Below, in pieces: positions 24,601-35,928 of a stretch of DNA of 37,618 bases. Source of the stretch: Octopus bimaculoides (lineage: Eukaryota); the NCBI RefSeq assembly GCF_001194135.2, contig NC_068983.1:127780189-127817806 (forward strand), written 5' to 3'. The notes beneath the pieces were generated by a model, which saw only the letters and a program-made list of their open reading frames with translations, made no database searches and was not told where the DNA came from. The translations under genes and the position numbers were made by a program. The first letter of the stretch is position 1. Each line of letters opens with the position of its first letter.

Positions 24601-26050
24601 AAATACAGAGATGCCTGTAATAGGACATCTAACCCGCTAGAAATAGCAGCAAGACTACATACCACAAAAAGTAGGGATATATATATATATGTAAAATATA
24701 TGAGTATATACAAATTATGTACACACACATGATATTTATAGAATTGTGAGTGTGCATTTGCGCGTGCATGTGTTGAGAAAGATTTTCATCTAAAACAGTT
24801 AAGAATACAATTCGAGTATCACGAGCCAGAAAAGCAATTCTTTTATGAGAAAATAATATTAGTTTGCCAGTACACACTCTAGAATTTCATGTTGTCTATT
24901 GGGCACAATTTTCTACATCAAACCTCAGCTACGCACGTTGACACACACTCTCACCCATGCGCTCGTGCGTACAATATAACGATTACAGGCGAGTATGATA
25001 TGCACATGACTGTGATAAGGTAGACGAGGTGAAAATTATAGGTAAAGGATTACTTTGTCATGGTGAGCTTCTATATTTAGCAACATAGGAAATCTGTCAA
25101 GTTTTAATCATAAGTTTCAAGGTGATTATCAATTAGAAGGCTTTCATTAATACAACGCGCTTGAATGATAACAGCATTAAAGCGATGCTTTTATTTCGGA
25201 CTTTTATGTTTGTTCACATATTATTTGCTGATTGCGTTATTGTTGTCGTTGTTAGAAGTTCTATTCGTATTTTTATATCAGTAGTTTGTTTTGCTATTGT
25301 CGATGGAAAATTAAAGATTAATTCACGTGAATTAACAGTAAAACATGTGTAGATTACAGAAATATTGTAACACTCCATTATAAGATAGAAATAGCATTAC
25401 ACTATTCTCCAGAGTTGTTCAGAAATAGTTATACTGTATTTTGTTCTGTATTTTGTTAATACAAAACGAGGGCCATGAGTGGCTGGTACAGAAATGGTCA
25501 TGTTTGCAGGTAATAGAAGAGGTTGCTGAATCGCTGAAAAAGTAAAGACGAATTAAAGTACCAACCAGTAACTAATCTATAATTGTATATGCGTAAGTGC
25601 TGATGCGAGTGTTATTTTTGTGATTGTTTGTTTATCCACAGATCTATATTCATTGAACATATTCAACAGCTGAATGAGTTTTAGGATTATCGAACGTTTC
25701 TGTTACGTAGCTTTATTATTGACTCATTTTCTGTAGGCAATAGACCAATGAAGAATGAGAATGACAAAGGGGTTGAAATGTATGCTAGACGATAGATTTG
25801 AATATAATTATGTAACAGATATAGAACTGAGATAATAGTTTTGACATATCGTTGTAATAATTTCTGTAAATATATCACATTATGTATAGAATTAATGATA
25901 ATTGATTGCATACACCATACTTTAAAGTACAGACAGGTTTCATTCTGGCGTAGAATAAGAGGTCAGAATACATTAGAGAAACGCATATATATTATCGTAT
26001 GTGTGCGAGTATGCAGCTTTCTGTTTCTATCTATTTCTCACACTATTTCG

Positions 26051-26098
<48 letters not shown>

Positions 26099-26339
26099 TT
26101 GTTTAAAAGAGTTCCAACACTGTCTGTTTTTTATGTTTTATTTATATTCCTGCAGAACCAATGTGGGGTATAGAATATGGAATATACAATATATAATATA
26201 ATATACAATATATGATATAAGATAAAATAAAATAAAAATAAAATAAAAATGGATGGCACCATGAAAGAAAGTATTGAATGTAGATGAAATATTGAGTGTT
26301 CAATATAAAGGATCGAATATATAAATATAAATATATAAA

Positions 26340-26380
26340 GGCGACTCGAGTTTCAGGGCTATTTCCCTTCGTCATGGCCG
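26340..26380 (-). ncRNA. Minimal type I hammerhead-like motif in a PLE terminal repeat (1-nt insertion in the core)
   Basis: Minus strand reads GGC-CAUGACGA-AGGG-AAAUAG-CCCU-GAAA-C-UCGA-G-UC-GCC, with palindromic loop III and a GUC site. Confidence 0.65.
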
Positions 26381-26455
26381 GTATGACAGACTTTAACAGA
26401 CTGTAATAAGTTGGTTGGTTTTCTGTCTTTTATACCAATTCCTTTGGACAGCAGC

Positions 26456-26670
26456 AGTAGGTTTTTGGCTATTTTTAGAATTGATGCAAATCTATTTTTA
26501 GAAATGATGATATTTTAATTTATTGTTTTATGTGGGTTGTAGGGATAAGATTTTTAAACCCCAGTAGGTGTTTGGCTGTTCTTAGAAATGATGCCAAATC
26601 TATTTATAGAAATGATGATATCTGAGAGATTTTTTGTCTTTTGGTTACAGGGATAAGATTTTTAAACCCC
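26456..26670. repeat. ~107-bp tandem duplication inside the Penelope 3' region
   Basis: Units 26456-26562 and 26563-26670, both agtagg...agggataagatttttaaacccc. Confidence 0.9.
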
Positions 26671-27583
26671 AAGTAAGATGGATTTAATCATTGTTTGTTA
26701 AGAGTGGGTTTGAATTTCTTAATAAAGTCCTTTTCTTTGCATTTTCTTTCAATTTCATTCCGGTTGTATGTGTGTCTGTTAGGTTGGGGACCATGGATTA
26801 TTTCTACCGGATGTTTGCAGAGTTTTGAATATTTGAAACATTTTTGGGGCATTTTTGTATGACACAGTTGAGCATCTAATTTCAGTATCTTCACCTAACT
26901 CAACACTGTTCTAGAATACCTTCCGCAATAGTATTTTTGCAGGAATGTTCCCATGTCCTATCAGGATAGTACCGAATAGCTGTTCTACATTCGCTACCGT
27001 AATTCACGTTTTACTTGCGTGCGAGAGCACACGTTTCACTTGCATATAGAATCCCAGAGAATTTCTCTCTCTCACCCTTTCTCTCTCTTTTTATCTTAAT
27101 TGCACAGAAACAGACACAGCACGTGGTTTGCTTCAGATAGGGAAATTTTCATTAAAGGGGAGGGAATTTCTCAAACAAATTTGAAAAAACTTACATGTTC
27201 AGTGTTTATTCCCCTTTATCTTACACAAAATGATGAGCTTCTAATTTTTTCCCTTGATATGCACTCATAGTGCAATTTTTAGCCACTCTTTGGAGTGTCG
27301 GCGTGGCATAACTCGAGACAAAATAATTAAGCTAAACTAAGGTAAATATAACATTCTACGTAGTTTCTTAAAACAAAAAACATAAAAAAGAAGGGAGAAT
27401 ATATATATTGTTTAAAAAACATTTTTATTATCACTTTATCGTAAACCGTTACCAATTTATTTGTCATGAAAAGGGAAACAAAAAAAATCTCTTACATGAA
27501 GATAAAATATATCCAACAAATAAATGAACCAAGGAGCCTCAAAAGGTAAGTGTATTTAACTTGCTGGTTTGAAATATCATCAT

Positions 27584-27930
27584 ATGGAAGAGTGGTTAGA
27601 TCGTCGGCCTCACAATCATGAAGTAGTAAGTTCGTTCGCCTGACGGGGCTGTTTGTTGTGTCCTTGAGTTCTTGAGTTGTGTTTCTGAGTGCTGTGATCT
27701 TGTGTTAGTCCACATTGCTTCAGTTCACTCAGCTGTAGAAATGAGCTGCGACGTCACTGATGCCAAGGCATTTGCCTTTCCCTTGGATAACTTTGGTGGC
27801 ATGGTGAGAGGAGGATGGTATGCATGGGTGACTGCTGGTCATCTATAAAAAAAGCTTGCCTGGACCTATGCCACGGAGGGGAACTTTCTAAATACAACTC
27901 CATGGTTATTTATGACCGGCGAAGGAGGGG
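27584..27930 (+). mobile_element. tRNA-derived SINE (family E), near full length, followed by (CA)n
   Basis: Head atggaagagtggttaga...gtaagttcg, then gtgtccttgag, and central ttcactcagctgtagaaatgag; resembles a common octopus SINE (from recall). Confidence 0.75.
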
Positions 27931-28181
27931 CGTACAAACACACACACACACACACATACACACACACACACACACACACATAAATATATATTACAAATTA
28001 AAAGGGTAAAGGATTATCAATTTATTAATTCATTAATAAATCAACAATTAATAATTAATAATTTTTACCAAGCCCATCGGTATGTAAGCACCATTACTGG
28101 TGGAGAACTTATTTAAAAGCTCATATATATTTATAAACATAATTAAGGGATCAACAAATATTTGCTTCACCACATACCGAA

Positions 28182-28797
28182 NNNNNNNNNNNNNNNNNNN
28201 NNNNNNNNNNNNNNNNNNNNNNNNNNNNNNNNNNNNNNNNNNNNNNNNNNNNNNNNNNNNNNNNNNNNNNNNNNNNNNNNNNNNNNNNNNNNNNNNNNNN
28301 NNNNNNNNNNNNNNNNNNNNNNNNNNNNNNNNNNNNNNNNNNNNNNNNNNNNNNNNNNNNNNNNNNNNNNNNNNNNNNNNNNNNNNNNNNNNNNNNNNNN
28401 NNNNNNNNNNNNNNNNNNNNNNNNNNNNNNNNNNNNNNNNNNNNNNNNNNNNNNNNNNNNNNNNNNNNNNNNNNNNNNNNNNNNNNNNNNNNNNNNNNNN
28501 NNNNNNNNNNNNNNNNNNNNNNNNNNNNNNNNNNNNNNNNNNNNNNNNNNNNNNNNNNNNNNNNNNNNNNNNNNNNNNNNNNNNNNNNNNNNNNNNNNNN
28601 NNNNNNNNNNNNNNNNNNNNNNNNNNNNNNNNNNNNNNNNNNNNNNNNNNNNNNNNNNNNNNNNNNNNNNNNNNNNNNNNNNNNNNNNNNNNNNNNNNNN
28701 NNNNNNNNNNNNNNNNNNNNNNNNNNNNNNNNNNNNNNNNNNNNNNNNNNNNNNNNNNNNNNNNNNNNNNNNNNNNNNNNNNNNNNNNNNNNNNNNN
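28182..28797. other. Assembly gap
   Basis: N run followed by (TA)n. Confidence 0.99.
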
Positions 28798-28837
<40 letters not shown>

Positions 28838-30124
28838 GTCACTTGTGCAGTCTCTCATGAGTGCTAGTTGTAACATGGTATCCATTACAACCTGTTGCAT
28901 ATTAGGATCGTCGGCGCGTAAACCTCTAGTTTTAACTGGAGAAAGGGATTGTTTAAAAGCCAGAATGTCTAAAAAACAAGGCTTGTCAAGATGATGGATG
29001 AATCTCGTGAATGACTAACTATCACCTGCACTGGCCCACAGAAACTCTGCAAAACGGATTTTTAGATCGAAATTATGCCTGTTATTTATTTCAGCTAATA
29101 TAGTTTTTTTTGCCGATTATCTCCTATGTCAGCTTTGACAGAGCACGATTTTCATATATATGCCAGACATTGTGAGCTCGTGAGTACCCTATCCTATGTT
29201 GCTCTTCAAATTTAAGACATTATAATAACATCGGTGAGACATTTGGCAACCAATGATGCTGAGGCTCCATCATAGATCCTTCAAAAATGATTTGTAACAT
29301 GATGTTTTCTACAGATTACACAATGGGTAAATTCAAATAGAGAATGATATTTTAAATCATTAAAATAAAATCAATAGTTAGTGGAAAATAGGTCGAAGGC
29401 TGCTAAAAGTACACGAAATATAGAGGAAATTGGAAACAAATCATTTACACAAACTACACTCGAGAATCAGAGTATTTGTTATAATTCGATTTCTTAGACA
29501 ACAATATCTGGAATAATACAATAATCGACAAACTAAGAAAAGAAATATTGCAAAAGCAGCAACATAAAATAATATATGCGATACAAAACTGACACTGATA
29601 ATATTAATTGCTTCTGTAACATTTCAAAGAATATGCTTAGAAATGTTTTAGATTAATATGACATTTAACAGCAGATTTATGCACAGAGGACAATGCAGTT
29701 ACAATGTCTTGCTGTGCTTATTCTACATTCACGAATGTTTATTAAGTGAAGAATGTTCTGAACATGTTGATGACGATAGAAGCATATAGACTCTACGTCG
29801 GCCTATATTTCTTTAACTGACTTCCGTTGATATTTACAGAAATTTTATTGACACATAATTTAAGCTAACAATTTCAATTAATGTATTTACGATGTTCTCT
29901 CCAATACGATATACTTTTCAATAATGTTCAATCGCCATTTTCATAAAAGACTCTTGAGAATTCAAAACTATGGGTTCGTATAAACCCATGTGGCCTACTT
30001 TCAATCGGTTTGAAGTCGGATTTTAAATTTATTCGCATTTTACATGCATATCTACTTGCTCATTAACATAATAAACAGAGGGATAGAGAATTACCAACTT
30101 TTACATTTACTAGCGATTATCTCC

Positions 30125-30135
30125 TATTATTATTA

Positions 30136-30204
<69 letters not shown>

Positions 30205-30216
30205 GTAGTAGTAGTA
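30125..30216. repeat. (ATT)n grading into (AGT)n microsatellite
   Basis: Direct reading. Confidence 0.97.
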
Positions 30217-30217
30217 C

Positions 30218-30279
30218 GAAGGCGGTGAACTTGTAGAATCAGTACCATTCCGGGCAAAATGCTTAGCGGTATTTCGTCT
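30218..30279 (+). mobile_element. SINE family A copy 1, 5' part (interrupted)
   Basis: gaaggcggtgaacttgtagaatc...ccgggcaaaatgcttagcggtatttcgtct matches the head of the intact copy at 32094. Confidence 0.85.
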
Positions 30280-31905
30280 CTGTGAATAATTGTGAATACT
30301 ACTGTGTTACTCTGAAAACTGGGAACTACTGTAAGTTGTGATTTTTGGGAATTTATTGTTGTAACGCGAGCCGCTGCATTTTTTTCCCCCAGCTGTAGCG
30401 AGTGGTAGTGTCTCCAGTATGGAGAACTACACCAGGGCCGCTGCGGCGAAGAAGCCAGTGCCCCTGGAAAGCAAGTTGATCAAGCTGGATATGGACGAGG
30501 TGAGCAGAAGCAGGAATTTGATAGAAGTAGAGGGAACAGATACAAATTCCTCCACCAAAAAAAAGAGACCAAGGAAGATAAAATTTTGAGGACACTTGTG
30601 TATCGTACACAGGCTGTAATACCAGTAAAATTGAAATAGTGACGGAAGAGGAAATCGAGGAGTGCCTGGGTGAAATTGTGAATGAAGCCACGTACATCAG
30701 CAGAGGAAGAAATCAAGCAAACATGCGACCAACATTTTAAGAAGTACAAACATAGCACTACTACCAAGTTAGAGAGGAAGAAGTGTGAGAATACGTATTC
30801 CGAGAGTACTACCAGAAATTAAATTTGAGTGGTTAGTTGCAATAGTTTTGGCTGCAACCAATGAGGATCCGGAATTAGGACCAGTGGCGGAAGCAAAAGT
30901 GCGCAACTGGTGGGGATTTGGACTCGAAATGTGTCTTTTTGCCACTTTCGAGGACATAGAAAGAATTTCCTACCAAATAGAAGTGGAGGACGAGGAACGT
31001 TAAATGTCGTAGTCGAGAGAAGGAAACCAAATTGTTACATATCCGGGGAGAGTGGTCATATGATTACCAAATGCCCCCTATATGGGTTCACACAGCCACA
31101 GCAAGAGAAAGCACAAGCAGAGGAGGAAAACAATATGGACGACACTGAGGAAATGAAAGAGAGACAGAAGTGTGAAACAGAGGAAACAAAGGAAAAGGAC
31201 GAAAATTGGGCTACTAACCCTAAAGAGCGAAAAAAAAAACAGTTAAAGGAACAGTCAACAGAAAACAAAAAAAGAGATAGGAAAGCCAGAAACTAATAAT
31301 GTACCAGAAGATGAGGAGAGAACGGCTAAAGATGATAAATGTAAGGAGATTTTGATAAAATACGAGAAGAACGGCAGTTGGATAGAAAAAATCGCGAAGT
31401 TGGAGGAAATAATAAGAGTGAAGATGCCGGAAACCTGTGCTGAGAAATGCATTTTAATACATGAGGAAAACTACTGGGAGTACATAAAGGAACTTGGTGA
31501 AAATGTAACAACGCAACTGGTTTGGTTGGTGGAGACACCACCCAATATGGCTGATTATTTGCACTTGATAAAGACGGAAGAAACAGTGAATAATGGGATA
31601 GAAATTAGGCGTGTATTTCAATTTTTTGAGTTGCAAAACCGTTAAAATGTATACATGATGTTTAAGTAAAAGTGAAAAACTGTATAAATGTAACCACCCA
31701 ACTTTGGGGATCGAGTGCACATTGCACCTCATTTTTTTCATTCTTACATATTCTCATTTTATTAAAATTTTGCTTCTACTATTATCATTCGCTTTTGTAA
31801 TTTTTAGTTCCCCGATTTTATGTTTGTTGCGATTTGTACTGCTTTTATGTTTTGTGATGTCCTACAAAATCTCTTTGCATAGCCTTTTTGGGGCAATACA
31901 AAATT
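30280..31905 (+). mobile_element. ORF1-only non-autonomous LINE derivative (HAL1-like), about 1.6 kb, with TSD
   Basis: 5' UTR, degenerate gag-like ORF with zinc knuckle, and T-rich 3' UTR ending AGCCTTTTTGGGGCAATACAAAATT. Flanked by cggtatttcgtct (30267-30279) and cggtattttatct (31906-31918). No endonuclease or RT. Confidence 0.75.
30419..31645 (+). pseudogene. Frameshifted LINE ORF1/gag-like nucleic-acid-binding protein
   Basis: MENYTRAAAKKPVP..., RIRIPRVLPEIKFEWLVA...NWWGFG..., NVVVERRKPNCYISGESGHMITKC (C-x2-S-x4-H-x4-C at 31033-31074; TCC is one base from TGC), a K/E-rich linker, and ...FELQNR* at 31645. Confidence 0.8.
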
Positions 31906-32093
31906 CGGTATTTTATCTGTCTCTACGCTCTGAATTCAAATACTACCGAGGTCCACTTTGCATTTCATCCTTTCCGGGGTCGAAAACTTACCTGTTGAGT
32001 ACTAGGGTCGATGTAATCGAGTATACTCCTCACCCTAATTTCAGCTTTTGTGCCTATAGTAGAAATGATTATTATCGTTATTATTATTATTAT
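31906..32093 (+). mobile_element. SINE family A copy 1, 3' part with (ATT)n tail
   Basis: ctgaattcaaat (B box)...ccgaggtccactttgcatttcatcctttccggggtcga...gtcgatgtaatcga...tgtgcctatagtagaaatg(att)n. Confidence 0.88.
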
Positions 32094-32310
32094 GAAAGCG
32101 ACGATCTGGCAGAAACGTTAGTACGCCGGGCAAAATGCTTAGGGTATTTCGTCTGCTGCTACCTTTTGAATCCGAAGTCCGACATGGTTGACTCTATCTT
32201 TCATTTTTCTGGGGTCGATAAATTAAGTACCATTTGCGTAGTGGGGTCGATCTACTCTACTGGACCCAACTCCAAAAATTCCAGGCCTTCTGCCTATAGT
32301 AGTAGAAAGG

Positions 32311-32345
<35 letters not shown>

Positions 32346-32353
32346 TTATTATT
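32094..32353 (+). mobile_element. SINE family A copy 2 with (ATT)n tail
   Basis: ctggcagaaacgttagtacgccgggcaaaatgcttagggtatttcgtctg...ggggtcgataaattaagtacca...tgcctatagtagtagaaagg(att)n. Confidence 0.9.
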
Positions 32354-32560
32354 AAGGCAGCGATGGGCTGGCAGAATCATTAACACACTGGGTGACATAC
32401 TTAGTGGTATTTCGCCCATCGTTACTTTACGAGTTGAAATTCCGCTGAGGTAGACTTTACCATTTCTCTTTTTGGGATCGATAAATTAAGCACCAGTGAA
32501 AAAATGGGGTCGATAAATTAAGTACCATTTACGCACTGGGGTTGACGTAATTGACTGGTC
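32354..32560 (+). mobile_element. SINE family A copy 3, 3'-truncated, with a duplicated internal unit
   Basis: aaggcagcgatgggctggcagaatcattaacac...gaaattccgctgaggtagacttt...; gg(g/a)tcgataaattaag(c/t)acca occurs twice. Confidence 0.85.
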
Positions 32561-35240
32561 GAAGTTACTGTGCATAATCGTCAGTATCTACTGTTATATT
32601 GAGTACACAATTTACTCAACGTTCGCCAGATTTTGGCACTTTTAATATTTTCCCCAGATATACAATTACTTATGTTGTCCATCCTCATCTCTAGTATCAA
32701 AGATTTTCCCTTTCGCAGATAAGATTAGAGAAACGTGCTGACAAATTTTATAAGGCAGAAAAACATCAGCACGACTGTTCTTTTAACTCCAGTAAAGAAA
32801 CTTATCATTTTTCATTAATGATATATCAAATTTAAGGATTCCTGGTTGTTGTAAGTTTTCCGTCCTCTTATATGTAGCTGGACTCTAATCTCATGCACTA
32901 AGTATGATGCATCCTTTAGAGACGGAAATTATTTTAATCAAGCAAGAATTTATGTTGTATTATATGTAGTTTCGAAATCCGTCTTCGGTTATGACTATCT
33001 ATGTATTTTGTAATTGGAAAATTTTTCTCCAAGAAAAGGGCTTGTCGATATTCAATAGTTACAGCTCTCCATGCCTGCAATTATCACCCCTCACTGTTAG
33101 CTATGTCATCCAACAGAAAGTGTAAAACCATTCATCGACACCCTAATATAATTTGGTAATGTTTCCAAAGAATAAAACCTGGAACAGACTGTCGCATCCA
33201 CAGCTCTATAAAGAGAGTCTTTGGTATTAAGCTGACTGCGAATCTGCTCAGAAATCGCAGACTACTTTCTCAAATAATGATTCTGAACAATATATTTCGT
33301 TAAATGATGTGATTATCGAGACTGGGACGTTCTTCACCACAAATGTTCTGACTATGATTAATCCAAACATAGGAATCCGCAATAACGTCAAGGGTTAGAG
33401 AAGACTTGTATGTAGTCACTTGATATTCTTTCACCCCACTTCTTTGTCTCTGTATGCGAATAACACACATACATACAGAATCATCTGTAATCTCAATTTT
33501 CTTTTCTGTTTTGTTGCATTATGCGTTTCTCATTCTCATATCACTATTTACATTCGTGCTTTATTTTAATATTTCTGTTATCTCCCTTTACCTTCTATGG
33601 CTCAAGTTATCTACTTGTACCATATATATCTATATTCGTAGTTCTAAGATTCGACTCACTTTCAGTGTTAAGATAGAGATATATGTCATTCATGTCAACC
33701 ATCTTACTACAACTAACCTGTTTTGAAAGCGTTTTCACATGAGAGTCTATGTATTTCACTCTATAGTTTTTCATTATATTTTGTCCTGACGATGTTTGGA
33801 CAAGCCATCGGTCTCCCATATCACGATTTTTTGGAAGACTCTCTACTATTATAGAGATGACTGACAAAATATGACACTTTTTAAAAAATAATAACACCGA
33901 AATTAAATTCAAAGAGACTATAAATGAAATTCAGTCCGCTACAAGAAAACGTGATAAGAAAAGGATACCATTGTACTTAACTCAGTGGGAAATCTTCGTA
34001 TTAATTGATGTAGCACGACTACGCTGTCCTAAGGTAAATATGTAAGGAAAGATCTATTCTGCAGTTATAAACATATACTACTTTTCCTAGACATAATGTG
34101 CATTTATTCACATTATCAACTGTGTCTATGTTGTGTAGAAGATCAATTCCACACATTTGGGGTCGAGAAAAAGTACTAAAAAGTACTAATCCATAACAAT
34201 TCAATGATAGAACTATATGTGTATCGGAGAGCATGCCTTGCAGTATATATTTTTAGTTCTGCTTTTACTGTTGAAATTCAGTTATAGTCAACAAGAGTGG
34301 TAGAATTCATACATCATTTGGTTTGACACCACAACATGCCAACTTGGATAACTTCAGCTGAATCCAAATAGTTACGTGCAATTTCAATTCTTGCTATTAC
34401 TCTTACAAACTCTGTGAAGTATCATTAGCATAAAAATAAGATTGAAATATCAGGATATATATATTAGTGACATTTGAATGAAAATTCCAGTATTTCGTAA
34501 GAGCTTACTGCTTCTTTTCTTAATTTATAATTGTTTGTCTTGTTTTTGTTGTTTCTGCTGTAGTTCTTGTTTGATATGTCAACTCCATAATAGCATGTTT
34601 TCAACCGCAAAGACATATTTACATATCCAATGATAGAGACATCTTCAGATATATTTCACATATTAACTTTTACCATTTATCTTCTTTCTGTTTATAATTC
34701 ATTTTATACCGACTCTTAAACATTTCACTTTATTGCATACATTTTTTTGCGTTATATCGATCAAAATAATTGTATTAGCGGAAATTTACTATTAACTCTA
34801 TATTGAAAATATTTTTTGCCTTCAACCTCCAAGCAACGAAGTTTATTTGCCAATTTAAATTTTTATATATATTCTTTTTTAATTCATTCTTCATAATACA
34901 TAATTTATATGCTTACAACTATCGTCACTCCATTGATAGAGTCGGTAAGCTATGAAGATCATGTGATAAACAGATCGAGACTTTGATGAAGCTGTGGCAC
35001 TTAGGTTAAATTACTCAATTATAAAGATAAAAATATAGGGAATAAACGAATACTCGAAATACCATTTGCTCTCTCAAAAGAAACCCATCATACATTTGTG
35101 AATATACAAAAGCTGAATCAGAGTTGAAATTTTCATTTGCTGAGGCAAAGATTTATGATATTTTGTGAAACTATTCGTACCAACTGATTACTTTTAAAGC
35201 CCGGTGCGTATTCTATGGACTTCTCGTCATGAACTGCACA

Positions 35241-35365
35241 GTTACAGGGACGTAAGCATACTAACACCAGTTGTAGAGCGCTAGTGGTGCAAGCGCAAAC
35301 ACGAATATTCATTTACTTATTCATGACGAATTCTTTCAGTCTCCATCTACTAAATCCACTCACTA
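35241..35365 (-). mobile_element. Diverged SINE family B remnant
   Basis: gttacagggacgtaagcatactaacaccagttgt...ttctttcagtctccatctactaaatccactcac aligns with 17244-17560. Confidence 0.6.
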
Positions 35366-35537
35366 GTCACCGATGACACTCGTCAGTGATAGAGGACATC
35401 ACATAAGAAATTATTAAAACAGAAGGCACGTGAACAAAAACAAACAAAAACCACATCGTCATCAGTTCTGACAAGTGTACACGTTTAATATTAATATAAC
35501 AAAGTTTTTGTTTGCATCTATCCAAGCATATATATAT

Positions 35538-35928
35538 AGAGAATTAACATTGCTTGTTTTCACCTTTTCAATATCAGTGAAGAATGTCACTGGAAAAGAA
35601 GATATATGATTTGCCAGATTTGTCTCTCTCACCAAGGTCATCAGCTGTCGAACGCCGACGAAGGGAAATAACCCTGAAATCCGGATACGTTCGTGCTGCT
35701 GGTCGCGGTGAGAGGGATAACTCCCTTGGCAAACAGGACACAGTCGTGTGTCGATAAGCCAGCTGGAGGAGATGTCCTCCTGGGGCTAAAAGCAACAGTA
35801 ACATCCACCCCTAGGGGTCAGCCACACTTAAGTGGCAATATACTACACTTTATCGTGCAGTTACTGTTAATACTTCATTTAGAGAATTAACATTGCTTGT
35901 TTTCACCTTTTCAATATCAGTGAAGAAT
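35538..35928 (+). repeat. 343-bp unit (35538-35880) whose first 48 bp recur exactly at 35881-35928, then a gap
   Basis: agagaattaacattgcttgttttcaccttttcaatatcagtgaagaat appears at 35538 and at 35881. Confidence 0.85.
35649..35693 (+). ncRNA. Minimal type I hammerhead ribozyme-like motif (U4C variant)
   Basis: Helix I CGAACG/CGUUCG (6 bp); core CCGACGA; stem II AGGG/CCCU with loop AAAUAA; GAAA; U-CCGG-A helix III with palindromic loop; AUA site. Confidence 0.75.

Larger units (their letters stand above)
26089..26960 (-). mobile_element. Penelope-like element relic: deleted RT/linker remnant, GIY-YIG endonuclease C-terminus and 3' pLTR with hammerhead
   Basis: ORF 26688-26894 ends NEIERKCKEKDFIKKFKPTLNKQ*, resembling the R...E..FI....P.LN tail of PLE GIY-YIG domains. 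The hammerhead-like motif lies downstream on the same strand. The element ends at (TA)n 26054-26094. Confidence 0.75.

Noticed and set aside
30353-31741. Minus-strand ORFs over the ORF1-only element, and 36525-36740 and 37100-37405 over the CR1 element
   Set aside because: Antisense shadows of the plus-strand retroelement coding relics.
31704-32453. 249-aa ORF, the longest gap-free ORF
   Set aside because: It runs across a T-rich 3' UTR, two SINE copies and (ATT)n tails (poly-Y); a composite artefact.
4190-33400. Short AG...GT-bounded open segments (e.g. about 4197-4253, 6937-6981, 14419-14527, 25470-25508, 27500-27545, 33230-33390)
   Set aside because: Expected by chance at this length; no recognisable peptide and no consistent gene model.
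18665-35465. Other CTGANGA hits (33786 plus; 18665, 20664, 35380, 35459 and 35638 minus)
   Set aside because: No stem II followed by GAAA and an NUH/helix I, so they are not hammerheads.
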